From an uncultured Planctomycetota bacterium (GTDB taxonomy: Bacteria; Planctomycetota; Phycisphaerae; Tepidisphaerales; Tepidisphaeraceae), in assembly GCA_963841915.1 (NCBI GenBank), contig CAWJEN010000005.1, positions 1,088,001-1,152,000 on the forward strand: 64,000 nt of DNA. The letters run 5' to 3'. The notes under the pieces were generated by a model that was not told where the DNA came from, did not search any database, and worked only from the letters and a program-made list of their open reading frames with translations. Made by a program: the position numbers and the translations under genes. Each line of letters opens with the position of its first letter. Position 1 is the stretch's first letter. Below are positions 38,900 to 49,244 of the stretch, piece after piece.

Positions 38900-41677
38900 C
38901 TACTTGGCCTCGCGCCAGTTCGCCGCGTGGCCGGCGTCGACCTTCAGCGGCACCTTCAGTTCCATTGCGTTCACCATGCTTTTGCGAACGAGCTCCGTCG
39001 TGGCATCGACGGCGTCCTTCGGGCACTCGAAGACGAGTTCGTCGTGTACCTGCAGGAGCAGCGTCGCGGGCGACTTGGCCCGTGACATAGCGGCGGCGAC
39101 GTCGAGCATCGCGATTTTGATCAGGTCGGCGGCGCTGCCTTGGATGACGCTGTTGATGGCGGTTCGTTCGGCGTACTGGCGCATGGAAGCGATGCGGCTT
39201 TCGATTTCCGGGATCGGCCGACGACGGCCCTTGATCGTCTCGACGTATCCCTTCTCCTTGGCTTCCATGATGCACTCGTCGAAGAAGTCGAAGACCTTGG
39301 GGTACTGGTCCTTGTAGTTGTCGATGAGTTCCTTGGCCGACCGCTGATTGAGACCTTCGACGCGACGGGCGAGGCCGAAGGCGCTGACGCCGTAGATGAT
39401 GGCGAAGTTGATCGTCTTGGCGTAGCGGCGTTGGTCGTCGCTCACGTCGGCGAGGGGCGTGTCGTAGACGTCACTGGCGACGGCCCGGTGGATGTCTTCG
39501 TCGTTCTTGAAGGATTCCAGCAGCCGTTCTTCGCCGCAGAAGTGGGCGAGGAAGCGCAGCTCGATCTGGGAGTAGTCGAGCGTCAGCAGCACGTTGCCCG
39601 GCTCGGCGACAAAGGCTTGTCGGATACGGCGGCCCTCGTCGGTGCGGACGGGAATGTTCTGCAGGTTCGGATCGCTCGACGACAGGCGGCCGGTGCTGGC
39701 GCCGGTCTGGTTGAAGGACGTGTGAATGCGGCCGGTGCGGGCGTTGATTTCCTTGGCAAGGTTCTCGAGATACGTCTCGCGGAGCTTCATCAGGCCGCGA
39801 TACTCGAGGATGATGCCCGGCAGCGTGTGCTGTTCGGCCAGCACTTCCAGCGTGGCTGCGTCGGTGCTGTAGCCGGTCTTGGTCTTGCGGAGCGGTTTGA
39901 GCTTGAGCCGTTCGAACAGCACTTCCTGGAGTTGTTTGGGCGAATCGGGGTTGATGTCGCCACCGGCTTGCTCGGCGATGTCGTCGCGAAGCTTCTCGAT
40001 CCGCTCGAGCAACACGGCAGACTGCTCGGCGAGCACCTTCGGGTCGACCTTGATACCCGCCCGCTCCATCGACGCCAGCACCGCCGCGAGCGGCAGTTCC
40101 AGATCGTCGTGCAACGCCTTGAGTTGCGGCAACTTCTCCAGCTTCGGCAGTAGCAGCTCGTACAACCGCCACGTCACGTCGGCGTCCTCGGCGGCGTATC
40201 GGGCGACCTCCTCGACCGGCACCTGGTCCATCGTGATCTGCTTTTTCCCCGTGCCGATGAGCGACTTGATCGGGATGGTCTCGTGGCCGAGCAGGTCACG
40301 GGCCAGGTCGTCCATCTTGTACGTGTTGCGGCCCGAGTCGATCAGGAAGGCCATCAACATCGTGTCCGCCTTCATGCCGGCGAGGTCGACGCCTGCCCCT
40401 TTCATGACGATCGCGTCGTACTTGAGGTTGTGACCGACCTTGCCGACGGCGGCGTCTTCGAGCGGCCCGCGGACGGCGTCGAGGGCGGCCTGCGGGTCGA
40501 GCACAGTCGCCCCCATCGGCCCACGCAACGGCAGGTAGTGACCCGTCTTGTCGGCCCAGGAGAAGCTCATGCCCACAAGGCCGCATGCGACCGGGTTGAT
40601 CGCATTGGTCTCCGTGTCGAAGGCAAAGACTTTCTGCTTGGCCAGCTCCTTGGCAAAGGCGGCGAGCTTGTCGGGCGTGTCGACGTTGACGTACTGGTAG
40701 TCGTCATCCTCGGCCGACTCGGGCTGATCAAACAGCCCGCCGACGAGCGGGGCGTATTTCGCCGGCGGCTTATCGGGAACGTCGGCGTCGGCTTTGAGTG
40801 TCGCATCACCCGCGGCCAAACGGCCCAGGAGGCTGCGGAAGCCGAGTTCATCGAGGTGGTCGCGTAGCGCGGGCGTGTCGAGCCCGGTGAAGTCGCAGCC
40901 GCCCGGATCGAAGCCGTCCAACGGCAGATCGTCCTTCAGCGTCACGAGCTGCTTACCGATCGCCAGCTTGTCGAGGCCGTGGTTGCGGACGTTTTCGCTC
41001 TGCTTGGGCGTGAGCTTGTCGGCATTCTCGACGACGGCCTCTGCGGTGCCGTACTTGTTGACGAGCTTTGCAGCGGTCTTCTCGCCGATGCCGGGAATGC
41101 CGGGCACGTTGTCGATGTTGTCGCCCATCAGGGCCTGCACGTCGACCGCCTGCTCGGGCGTGTAGCCGAGCTTTTTGACCATGGCCTCTGCGTCGAATTC
41201 GGTATCGGCCTGGACGTCGTACATCGTCACGCCGTCGCCTAGCAGCTGGCGCAGGTCTTTGTCCTTGGAGACGATATAGAAGTCGTAAAGCCCGCCGTAG
41301 CGACGCGTGATGGTCGCGATGACGTCATCGGCTTCGAAGCCTTCTGCACTGAGGATCGGGATGCCCGCGTCGGCGACAAGCTGCAGGATGCGTTGTTCCT
41401 GCGGCTTGAAGTCGTCGGGTGGCGACTCTCGGTTGGCCTTGTAGTTGGGGTCGATGGTCTTGCGGAACACCTGCTCGTCACCGGTGTCGGTGACCATCAG
41501 CAGGTAATCCGGCCGCCGATTCTCGGCGAGCTGGATGAGCATCTGCGTGAAGACGTAGGTGGCTTTGGTCGGCTCTCCCGTGGGGCTGGTGAGGTCGCGA
41601 AAGGGAGCGAAGTAGGCCCTGTAGATGTGGGCGTGCCCGTCGATGATGTAGAACGACTTTCGCTTGCTCGCTGCCAT
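38900..41677 (-). CDS. polA: DNA polymerase I
   Basis: IIDGHAHIYRAY, EADD, DNVPGIPGIGEKTA, FDTET, TGRLSSSDPNLQNIP, DYSQIELR, KTINF, QVHDEL. Confidence 0.98.
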   Translation of the reverse strand: MAASKRKSFYIIDGHAHIYRAYFAPFRDLTSPTGEPTKATYVFTQMLIQLAENRRPDYLLMVTDTGDEQVFRKTIDPNYKANRESPPDDFKPQEQRILQLVADAGIPILSAEGFEADDVIATITRRYGGLYDFYIVSKDKDLRQLLGDGVTMYDVQADTEFDAEAMVKKLGYTPEQAVDVQALMGDNIDNVPGIPGIGEKTAAKLVNKYGTAEAVVENADKLTPKQSENVRNHGLDKLAIGKQLVTLKDDLPLDGFDPGGCDFTGLDTPALRDHLDELGFRSLLGRLAAGDATLKADADVPDKPPAKYAPLVGGLFDQPESAEDDDYQYVNVDTPDKLAAFAKELAKQKVFAFDTETNAINPVACGLVGMSFSWADKTGHYLPLRGPMGATVLDPQAALDAVRGPLEDAAVGKVGHNLKYDAIVMKGAGVDLAGMKADTMLMAFLIDSGRNTYKMDDLARDLLGHETIPIKSLIGTGKKQITMDQVPVEEVARYAAEDADVTWRLYELLLPKLEKLPQLKALHDDLELPLAAVLASMERAGIKVDPKVLAEQSAVLLERIEKLRDDIAEQAGGDINPDSPKQLQEVLFERLKLKPLRKTKTGYSTDAATLEVLAEQHTLPGIILEYRGLMKLRETYLENLAKEINARTGRIHTSFNQTGASTGRLSSSDPNLQNIPVRTDEGRRIRQAFVAEPGNVLLTLDYSQIELRFLAHFCGEERLLESFKNDEDIHRAVASDVYDTPLADVSDDQRRYAKTINFAIIYGVSAFGLARRVEGLNQRSAKELIDNYKDQYPKVFDFFDECIMEAKEKGYVETIKGRRRPIPEIESRIASMRQYAERTAINSVIQGSAADLIKIAMLDVAAAMSRAKSPATLLLQVHDELVFECPKDAVDATTELVRKSMVNAMELKVPLKVDAGHAANWREAK

Positions 41678-41859
41678 GCCGCCTGACCGTAGCGGCGTCC
41701 GGTAAGGTGGTGCGGCGTCGGGCGGACGGGCGGGGCTTGTTACAAGTCACCGCCGCCGATATACTCGGTGTCCCACCTGTGCGACGCCGTCCGGCCCGCA
41801 CGCCACCGCCGGCCATGGAGGTCGCGCATCCCCTTTCAGCGTCTTTCTGAGGAGTCGTC

Positions 41860-43305
41860 ATGCCCCCAGCCAACACGGGTTCCAAGGGTGCCCTCATCAC
41901 CTGGACCGTCGTCGCCACCGTCTTCGGCATCACGTGCATGGTGCTGTCGATCGTCTTCTATTCCGCCAAGACTGACGCCGAGACGGCTCTCAAAGCCGAA
42001 CAGGACCAGTTTGCACAGGTTGTCACCCGCACCGAGATCGGCGGCGCAGCCGTCGCCGACCTGCGGAGCCAGAAGAGCGAACTCGGCAGCAACCAGCTCG
42101 ATCTGAGCTTTGCGATCAACCAGGCTCGCGAGTTGGCCCAGAAGTCGGCCGGCAGCGATAGCCCGCTCGAGGCTCAGCGGACCGTCGACAGCACCGTTGA
42201 GCGGGTCAACCGCATCGTCCTCGCAGGCGAAGGCGTTGTCGTCACCAGTGCCACGACCCTCAAGGGTGCTGCCGACAACGCGACGCAGGAAGTCGAACGG
42301 CTTCGCGGCGAGGTCGCTCGACTCCAGAACCAGCAGACTCAGCAGCAGCGGACGGGCGAGCAGGAGATGCAAGGGCTGCGGGACCAGATCCAGCAGACTG
42401 AGCAGCAACTGGCCACGGCCCGTGAACAGCTCAGCGAGCAGGTCGCCAAGAATGAGGCCACGAGCCAGAGCTTCATCGATCTGACGGAGACGATGGAGGA
42501 GCAGATCACGACGACTCTCGCCGCTGCTGGTGCGGACCGCGAAGCGATCGCCGCCGCGCTCGACGAAGTCACGGATGCTCGCGATCAAGCAGAGCGTGAG
42601 CTCGGGATTTTGCTTGAAACCATGGTTTCAAGGTTTGGCGATGGTTCGCTCACCACCCAGGCCGACGGCAACGTGCTGCGTTCGCCCAGCGACAACCGCC
42701 TGACGATCGACCTTGGTCGTCGCCAAGGCGTCACAACCGGCATGACGTTCGCCGTCTACGACTCTGCCACGGGCGTGCCGAAGCTCGAAGGTGACATGGA
42801 AGATCCCGGCAGCATCGCGCTGCCGCGTGGCAAGGCCTCCATCGAAATCGCTACCATCGGTGAGACCAGCAGCGAAGCCCGCGTCATCCGCACGGCTCCG
42901 GGCCAGACAATCCGCGAGGGTGATCTCATTGCCAACCTCGCCTACGACCGTGACACGCCGCGTCGCTTCTACGTCTACGGCGAGTTCGACTTTAACAACG
43001 ACGGTCAGTTCTCCGATCGGGAAGGCATCCAGATTCAGGGCCTGATCCGCGAGTTCGGCGGCCGCGTCGTCAATGGCGTCAATGTCGATACCGACATCGT
43101 CGTCTTGGGACGCGAGCCCATCATCCCGCAATACACGGATGAAGAGCTTCAGAACACGATCATCCGCAACCAATTGCTCGACGCCCAGCGTCGCCTGCAG
43201 GAATACAACCGCATCCGCCAGAGTGCAGAGCGGTTGAACAAGACGATCGTCAACCAGAACTACCTGCTTGCCCTTACCGGCTATTACGAGCAGGCACGCC
43301 GGTAG
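41860..43305 (+). CDS. Membrane-anchored coiled-coil protein with BRCT-like C-terminus
   Basis: N-terminal TM, Q/E-rich coil, IDLG...GMTF.VY, GLIREFGGRVV...TDIVVLG. Confidence 0.75.
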   Translation: MPPANTGSKGALITWTVVATVFGITCMVLSIVFYSAKTDAETALKAEQDQFAQVVTRTEIGGAAVADLRSQKSELGSNQLDLSFAINQARELAQKSAGSDSPLEAQRTVDSTVERVNRIVLAGEGVVVTSATTLKGAADNATQEVERLRGEVARLQNQQTQQQRTGEQEMQGLRDQIQQTEQQLATAREQLSEQVAKNEATSQSFIDLTETMEEQITTTLAAAGADREAIAAALDEVTDARDQAERELGILLETMVSRFGDGSLTTQADGNVLRSPSDNRLTIDLGRRQGVTTGMTFAVYDSATGVPKLEGDMEDPGSIALPRGKASIEIATIGETSSEARVIRTAPGQTIREGDLIANLAYDRDTPRRFYVYGEFDFNNDGQFSDREGIQIQGLIREFGGRVVNGVNVDTDIVVLGREPIIPQYTDEELQNTIIRNQLLDAQRRLQEYNRIRQSAERLNKTIVNQNYLLALTGYYEQARR

Positions 43306-43330
43306 AGGCAACCACGCCTCAAGCGTTCTC

Positions 43331-43364
43331 GAGCCCGGCAGCCTCGGTTGCCGGGCTTCTTTGT
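43331..43364 (+). terminator. Intrinsic terminator
   Basis: agcccggcagc-ctcg-gttgccgggct-tctttgt. Confidence 0.75.
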
Positions 43365-43385
43365 GCACCCGCATAAGCTGCTGCC

Positions 43386-44987
43386 ATGCCGACCTTTTGG
43401 GATCTTCGTGCCGAACTGACGCCGAAGGGGGACGAGACAAAGCAACCTGACACTGCCACCGGTGACGTCTGGTCCGTTTCCGACTACGCCCGGCAGATCA
43501 AGATGCTTCTGAAGAATCGCCTGCCCAATCCGGTTCGCGTGCGTGGCGAGATCAGCCGCTGGACGCGCGCCGGTAGCGGTCACCGTTACTTCACACTTAA
43601 GGACAACGACAGTGCCGTCGACGCCAAGATGTGGGGCACTGCCGCCCGGTCGCTCGACTTTGAGCCAGCCGAGGGCGACGAGGTCGTGGTCGAGGGATAT
43701 GCCGATTTCTGGAACAAGCGTGGGCAGTTGTCGCTCGTGTGCGAGTCGATCGGCAGGGCCGGCGAAGGTGCACTCGAAGCCGCCTTCCAGAAACTCAAGA
43801 GCAAGCTCGGCAGCGAAGGGTTGTTCGACCCTGAGCGGAAGCTGCCGATCCCGCCCTATCCGCGTCGCATCGCGATCGTGACGAGCCCCGATGCCGCCGG
43901 GTATCAGGACGTGCTCAAGGTGCTTTCGAGTCAGCCCCACTTGAAGTTGATGCTGATGCCCGTCCCGGTGCAGGGCGACGCGGCGGCGGGGACGATCGGG
44001 CGAGCACTCAACTTGTTGAGCGAAAGGCACGCGGATGTGGGTGGCGTTGATGTCGCGTTGCTCATCCGTGGTGGCGGGTCGCGAGAGGACCTCTGGGCGT
44101 TCAACGAAGAAGAAGTCGCCCGAGCCGTCGCCGCCTGCCGCGTGCCGATCATCGCGGGCATCGGTCACGAGACGGACGAGCACATCGCCGACCTTGCCGC
44201 TGACCACCACGCCCACACGCCGACGCAGGCGGCACAGGTGGTGATTCGCCATTGGCGGGTCGCCGGGGATCGTGTCGGTCAGCTCGGTGTTGTGCTCCGC
44301 CGGGCGGTTCGACAGTTGACGGCCGACGCGTCGGCAGGCTTGAAGTCCGTCCGACGGCACGAGATGTTTCGGCGTCCGACAGACGTCACCGATCGCGGTG
44401 GCCAAGCGCTTGACGAGGCGACAGCCGACCTGCGGGCGGCGCTGGCTCGGCGTCTTGATCTACTCGACCGCCGCCTCCGCGACGCCCGCAGTCGGCTGCT
44501 CGTCCGTGACCCGCGGCATCAGCTCCAGCTCCAGCGCCAGCGTGTGGCTTCCCTCGCCCAGCGTCTCTCGCGATCGAGCGGCGTTATGGTGACGGGTCGG
44601 AAACTTCCGCTTGGCAGCTCGATCACCGACCTGCGGTCAGCGTCGCGTCTCACGCTTGACGCATCCCGTGGCCGCACGAGCGATCTCGCTCGGAGAATCA
44701 ACGCTGCCTCGCCCGAGCGCCGCCTGCAGGCGGGCCGGCGGGCGGTGGAGCAGGCACAGTTGCGGCTGCGATTCCTGGTGGGCCACCGGCTCCAGCGTGC
44801 CACGTCGGCTGCGACCTCGGCGACGCGACAGCTCCGCGCCCTTGATCCGACGGCTGTTTTGGCCCGTGGATACTCGATCACGCTCGACGCCAACGGCCAT
44901 GTCGTCCGGACGGCTGACGATGTGTCGACAGGCGACGTGCTGCAAACGCGTACGTCCGACGGTGACGTCCACAGCGTGGTGCAGTAG
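43386..44987 (+). CDS. xseA: Exodeoxyribonuclease VII large subunit
   Basis: VRGEIS, SGHRYFTLKD, VTSP.AA..QD, VQG, RGGGS.EDLWAFN, GHETD, TPT.AA, LARGYS. Confidence 0.95.
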   Translation: MPTFWDLRAELTPKGDETKQPDTATGDVWSVSDYARQIKMLLKNRLPNPVRVRGEISRWTRAGSGHRYFTLKDNDSAVDAKMWGTAARSLDFEPAEGDEVVVEGYADFWNKRGQLSLVCESIGRAGEGALEAAFQKLKSKLGSEGLFDPERKLPIPPYPRRIAIVTSPDAAGYQDVLKVLSSQPHLKLMLMPVPVQGDAAAGTIGRALNLLSERHADVGGVDVALLIRGGGSREDLWAFNEEEVARAVAACRVPIIAGIGHETDEHIADLAADHHAHTPTQAAQVVIRHWRVAGDRVGQLGVVLRRAVRQLTADASAGLKSVRRHEMFRRPTDVTDRGGQALDEATADLRAALARRLDLLDRRLRDARSRLLVRDPRHQLQLQRQRVASLAQRLSRSSGVMVTGRKLPLGSSITDLRSASRLTLDASRGRTSDLARRINAASPERRLQAGRRAVEQAQLRLRFLVGHRLQRATSAATSATRQLRALDPTAVLARGYSITLDANGHVVRTADDVSTGDVLQTRTSDGDVHSVVQ

Positions 44988-44990
44988 GTC

Positions 44991-45024
44991 AAAGGAAACG
45001 CCGCGACCGGTAGGGCCGCGGCGT
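44991..45024 (-). terminator. Terminator between convergent xseA and DUF2617 genes
   Basis: acgccgcg...cgcggcgt stem with aaaggaa flank. Confidence 0.6.
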
Positions 45025-45048
45025 CAGTATCGGGTCTGTGCTCGGGCT

Positions 45049-45621
45049 CTACTTGCCCGGCTTGATGACTTCCATGATGGCCTGCGTCTTGACGACCATG
45101 TTGAAGTCGTCGAACAAGTGGAAGCTCTGAACAAGCAATTCGTTGGCCCGACGTTCGACGTCGAGGGCGCCGATGAATCGGCCGCGACCTTCGTCTTCGT
45201 TGGCCGGTACGTCGACGACCATCAGATCCCGCTTGGCGGCATAGTCGACGATCTCCTGCCGCGTCGCCTCGTAGAGCGTGGCCGAAAGCTGCTCCTCCTG
45301 CGTCGAGATCATGTAGCGGATGTTCTCGTGCGTGTTGGCCTCGTGGAACCGCTCGCCGCGGCAGGGCACTTCCTCGATCAGGCCAGCTTGGGGCTTTACG
45401 TCCGCGCCCGTCGCGTTGAACAGGACCTCAGTGAGATGGCTGTCACCGGCGTCGAACTCGACAAGGTGTCCGCCGTCGACGAGGTGAACGCTGGCCTTGT
45501 AGCTGCGACGCTCGGCGGTCTCCGTGAGATGCCGCCGGAACATCTCTGGATGCAGCGGGCGGCTGTAGAGGAGCAGGTTGAGGGCGAATTGCTGTTTCCG
45601 CTGCTTCGTGCGTTGGCTCAT
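45049..45621 (-). CDS. DUF2617 family protein
   Basis: LYSRPLHPEMF, GHLVEF, SFHLF...VVKTQ. Confidence 0.75.
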   Translation of the reverse strand: MSQRTKQRKQQFALNLLLYSRPLHPEMFRRHLTETAERRSYKASVHLVDGGHLVEFDAGDSHLTEVLFNATGADVKPQAGLIEEVPCRGERFHEANTHENIRYMISTQEEQLSATLYEATRQEIVDYAAKRDLMVVDVPANEDEGRGRFIGALDVERRANELLVQSFHLFDDFNMVVKTQAIMEVIKPGK

Positions 45622-45832
45622 GATAAGGCGTATGAGGAAAGGGTCTAATCCACCGAAAGGCCGCGGCGTTGGCTCCCGACTCAGCCGCGACACGATTGCC
45701 CATGCTGTACGACGCTTCGTCCTTGAGCGTCCCGCAGGCGTCGATCCTATGCGGCATGAAGCATGTTTTCGACCGTGAGACACCGCTCAGAGGTCCGATC
45801 GGCCGCTGCGAAGCCGAATCTTCGTCAAGTGG

Positions 45833-46579
45833 TCAAGATGTCGTAACTAACGACACGGGGAGTAAAGTGACTAGTCCGTTATACGCCGTGTGGCATGCGA
45901 CCGTCACGCCGAACCCGCGGGTCAGGAAGATCAGGCCGAGCCACAGTCCTGCGAGCGAGCGAAATCCGAACACGCTCAGGCCGAACGGTTCTCCCGCCGC
46001 CGGTAGGTGGTGGTAACCGGCAAAAGCGAGGCTTGTGATGACCAACGTCGCCGCAAGTGAGCCTTTGTTGCCGAACACTGGTGCAAGCAAGGCGTGGCCG
46101 ACGGCGAAGCCGAAGAGCCGAAAGACGAACTCCTCGAAGACACCCGCGCCGGCGGCCAGGACCAGGTTGCCACCGACGCCACCCGCTGCCATCGCGAGCA
46201 GGCCCATCCCGCCGATGAGCCACACCGCTGCCAAGAGCGGCACCGCCAGCAAGGTCGCCTCCATGCTCATGGCGATCGGGACGGTCGGGCGTAGCTGCCA
46301 GGCGTGGCCGGCAAAAACGTGCCACGCCGCCAACGCGATGACCGCCGCGGCCGGTACGAGCCACGCCGCCGCTGCGCCTGGCGAGATGAGGTCACGAAGC
46401 CAAACGAACGCCAGCACCCGCGTCTCGGTCTGTGCTGCCGCATCGACGTGAAACAGTCGCGTCCCGACTTCGTAGAAGATGGCCAGCGGCAACACGACGG
46501 CCATCGCCGCCAGAGGTCTACGGCTTTGCTCCAGGTACGTCTCAGCGGGCGGCACTCCACGTGCATCGGCGGGACCCAC
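45833..46579 (-). CDS. CPBP family intramembrane glutamic endopeptidase
   Basis: AGVFEEFVFR, FAGYHH, RGFGVTVACH.AYN. Confidence 0.85.
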   Translation of the reverse strand: MGPADARGVPPAETYLEQSRRPLAAMAVVLPLAIFYEVGTRLFHVDAAAQTETRVLAFVWLRDLISPGAAAAWLVPAAAVIALAAWHVFAGHAWQLRPTVPIAMSMEATLLAVPLLAAVWLIGGMGLLAMAAGGVGGNLVLAAGAGVFEEFVFRLFGFAVGHALLAPVFGNKGSLAATLVITSLAFAGYHHLPAAGEPFGLSVFGFRSLAGLWLGLIFLTRGFGVTVACHTAYNGLVTLLPVSLVTTS

Positions 46580-46596
46580 CGCGCCGCGTCAACGCC

Positions 46597-48111
46597 TTAC
46601 TTCTCGATCGTGTAATTCGGGGATTCCTGCGTGATCTGCAGGTCGTGAGGGTGACTCTCGACCATGCCGGCCGCTGAAATCCGGTAGAATCTTGCGTCAC
46701 GCCGCAACGCATCGATCGTCGGCGTGCCGCAGTAGCCCATGCCCGCACGCAGACCGCCGACAAGCTGGTAGACGAAGTCGCGAAGCGGTCCGCGATAAGG
46801 GATGCGCCCCTCGACGCCTTCGGGCACGAGCTTGCTGCCGGGCGACTCACTCTTCTGGCCGTACCGGTCGGCACTGCCCTTGACCATCGCACCCAGACTG
46901 CCCATGCCGCGATAGGTCTTATACCGGCGGCCGGCGTGGATGATCAGCTCGCCCGGCGACTCGTCGAGGCCCGCAAACAGGCTGCCGAGCATGCAGACGC
47001 TGGCCCCGCTGGCGATGGCCTTGGTGATGTCGCCCGACATCCTGATGCCGCCGTCGGCGATGACCGGTACGCCTTCATCCTCGGCCACGCTCACCGCGTT
47101 CATGATGGCCGAAATCTGAGGCACGCCCACACCCGTGACGACGCGAGTCGTGCAAATGCTGCCCGGCCCGATGCCGACCTTCACCGCGTCGACGCCTGCG
47201 TCGATCAGGTCGCGTGCGCCTTGCTCCGTCGCCACGTTGCCTGCCACGACGTCGATGTCGTGCTTGTCCTTCACCGCACGAACGGTCTTGAGCACGTTGT
47301 CGCTGTGCCCGTGGGCTGTGTCGACGCAGATGACGTCCACGTCGGCTGCGACGAGTTGATCGACGCGCTCCAGCTGGCCGACACCCACTGCCGCCCCGAC
47401 GCGGAGGCGGCCTCGGGCGTCCTTGCAGGCGTGGGGCGAACGGTGCAGCTTGTCGACGTCGCGCATCGTGATCAGACCGGCCAGCCTTCCTTCGGCGTCG
47501 ACGAGCAGCAGCTTCTCGACCTTCGACTTGTGCAACAGCCGCTCGGCGTCGGCCAACGCCGTGTCCGGGGCAGCCGTCACGAGGTTCCTGCTCGTCATCA
47601 CGTCGCTGACCCGGCGGCCGTCGTCGTCCTGCCACTTGAGGTCGCGACGCGTCAGGATGCCAACAAGCCGCGCCGGTTGACGCTCGCCCGCGTCGTCCGG
47701 CAGGCGTGGCGGGGCGTCGACGATCGGAATGCCGCTGACATTGAAGTCCCGCATGATCCGCCGAGCCTCCGCCAGCGTCGCGTTCGGCGGCAGCGTCACA
47801 GGGTCCAGAATGACGCCGTTCTCGCTGCGTTTGACCTTTTCGACCTCGCGTGCCTGGTCCTCGGGCGACAGGTTCTTGTGAATGAAGCCGAGTCCGCCTT
47901 CCTGGGCCAGGGCGATGGCGAGCGACGACTCGGTGACCGTGTCCATCGGGGCCGAGACCAGCGGCACGTTGAGCGTCACCCGCCGCGTCAGCCGCGTGCT
48001 CACGTCAGCGTCGCCGGGCACAAAGTCGCTGCGACGCGGAATCAGCAGCACGTCGTCGAACGTGATGGCTTCGGCAATAATCTTGTTGGCAACAACGGCA
48101 GCGGCGTCCAT
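46597..48111 (-). CDS. guaB: IMP dehydrogenase
   Basis: [19 protein letters not shown] pair, [29 protein letters not shown]. Confidence 0.98.
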   Translation of the reverse strand: MDAAAVVANKIIAEAITFDDVLLIPRRSDFVPGDADVSTRLTRRVTLNVPLVSAPMDTVTESSLAIALAQEGGLGFIHKNLSPEDQAREVEKVKRSENGVILDPVTLPPNATLAEARRIMRDFNVSGIPIVDAPPRLPDDAGERQPARLVGILTRRDLKWQDDDGRRVSDVMTSRNLVTAAPDTALADAERLLHKSKVEKLLLVDAEGRLAGLITMRDVDKLHRSPHACKDARGRLRVGAAVGVGQLERVDQLVAADVDVICVDTAHGHSDNVLKTVRAVKDKHDIDVVAGNVATEQGARDLIDAGVDAVKVGIGPGSICTTRVVTGVGVPQISAIMNAVSVAEDEGVPVIADGGIRMSGDITKAIASGASVCMLGSLFAGLDESPGELIIHAGRRYKTYRGMGSLGAMVKGSADRYGQKSESPGSKLVPEGVEGRIPYRGPLRDFVYQLVGGLRAGMGYCGTPTIDALRRDARFYRISAAGMVESHPHDLQITQESPNYTIEK

Positions 48112-48153
48112 GAGCCACCTGTAGCAGCGCCGGCCCACGCGATCAAGTTTGCC

Positions 48154-48981
48154 TCACTCCGGCGGGCTGTTGAGCTCCCACTTGTAGCCCATGCCGTCCC
48201 AATCCGTCGCCCCCACGATCGGCGAATCGTCGCGGGCGAACCGCAGCAGGCTGTTGATGAGCTTCATGTCGCCGTCGCCCTCGACGCCGCGTTCGAAGTC
48301 CTTGCGGTAGAAGCTCGTAAAGATGCTGTTGAGCTCGACCGTCTGATCGTTCCGCCGCACCGCCGCCCGCGAGTCGCTCAGGTAGACCTCGCCCTGGTCG
48401 CGGAGCTGCTGGGCCAGCTTGTCGCCCTCGAACGGCTCGTTGCGGAGCGGCGGGCACGAGTAGCTCATGCAGTTGAACCCGAAGTGCAGCCGCGGGTCAC
48501 GACCGGTTTTGTCGAGCGTCGACTGCTCGAGCGTGTCGAGGTTGGTCCGCTTGCCGCCGACGTAGAAGCGGTCGACGAAGAAGAGGGCACCGGGATCAAG
48601 GAAGCCGGGCCGCAGGACATTGCCCGGATAGCCGCGCTGCACGACGCCGTACATGCACAAGGCGTTGTAGGCGTTGACGTAGAAGGCGAGTTTGTCGGTG
48701 TCGGTCGGGAAGAGTTCCGGCCGATTGTCGGGCGAAGCGGCGTTGATCTGGCCGACGTACTCGTAGAGCGTGTCCCGCACGCCGTTGGTGTTGTTCTTGA
48801 TCTTGTCCCATTCGACAAAGCCGTCGTCGGTCGCCACTTCGTCGAGGACCGTCGCCCACTTGTCGTTCGACCAGGAGGTCAGTTTCTGATCCGGCCGAAA
48901 CTGCTCCGAAACGCGGCCGCCCCCGCACCCCGTACACACCAGCAGGCACAGGACAAAGAGTGTCGAGAGGGCATGGCGCAT
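48154..48981 (-). CDS. DUF547 domain lipoprotein
   Basis: Lipobox CTGC; LAFYVNAYNA, DPRLHFGFNCMSYSCPPL, YKWELN. Confidence 0.9.
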   Translation of the reverse strand: MRHALSTLFVLCLLVCTGCGGGRVSEQFRPDQKLTSWSNDKWATVLDEVATDDGFVEWDKIKNNTNGVRDTLYEYVGQINAASPDNRPELFPTDTDKLAFYVNAYNALCMYGVVQRGYPGNVLRPGFLDPGALFFVDRFYVGGKRTNLDTLEQSTLDKTGRDPRLHFGFNCMSYSCPPLRNEPFEGDKLAQQLRDQGEVYLSDSRAAVRRNDQTVELNSIFTSFYRKDFERGVEGDGDMKLINSLLRFARDDSPIVGATDWDGMGYKWELNSPPE

Positions 48982-49244
48982 AACGATTCATACGCAGCCG
49001 CCGTCCCACCAGTTGCGCCGCCCCGGCGATCGCATCCGGATTCGTCTGCCGCCGCCGAACCGGCCGTACCCGTTGCCGACGGATCGCCACAACCGCCGAC
49101 GCGACCGGTCGACGGTATCCGAGCGGTGTCGGGACGGAGCGCTGCTAGGATGCAGTGAGACCCGGGTGTAACCTGCTCCCGACCAATTTATCTCATTTAT
49201 CTGCCCTGACAGAAGCAGGTATCGGTAACGCATCTAACACTGAC

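Noticed and set aside
46936..49158. 740-aa plus-strand ORF (and similar long antisense ORFs such as 7127-8689, 20056-21555, 29886-31790)
   Set aside because: Shadow ORFs opposite well-supported genes, typical of high-GC codon bias.
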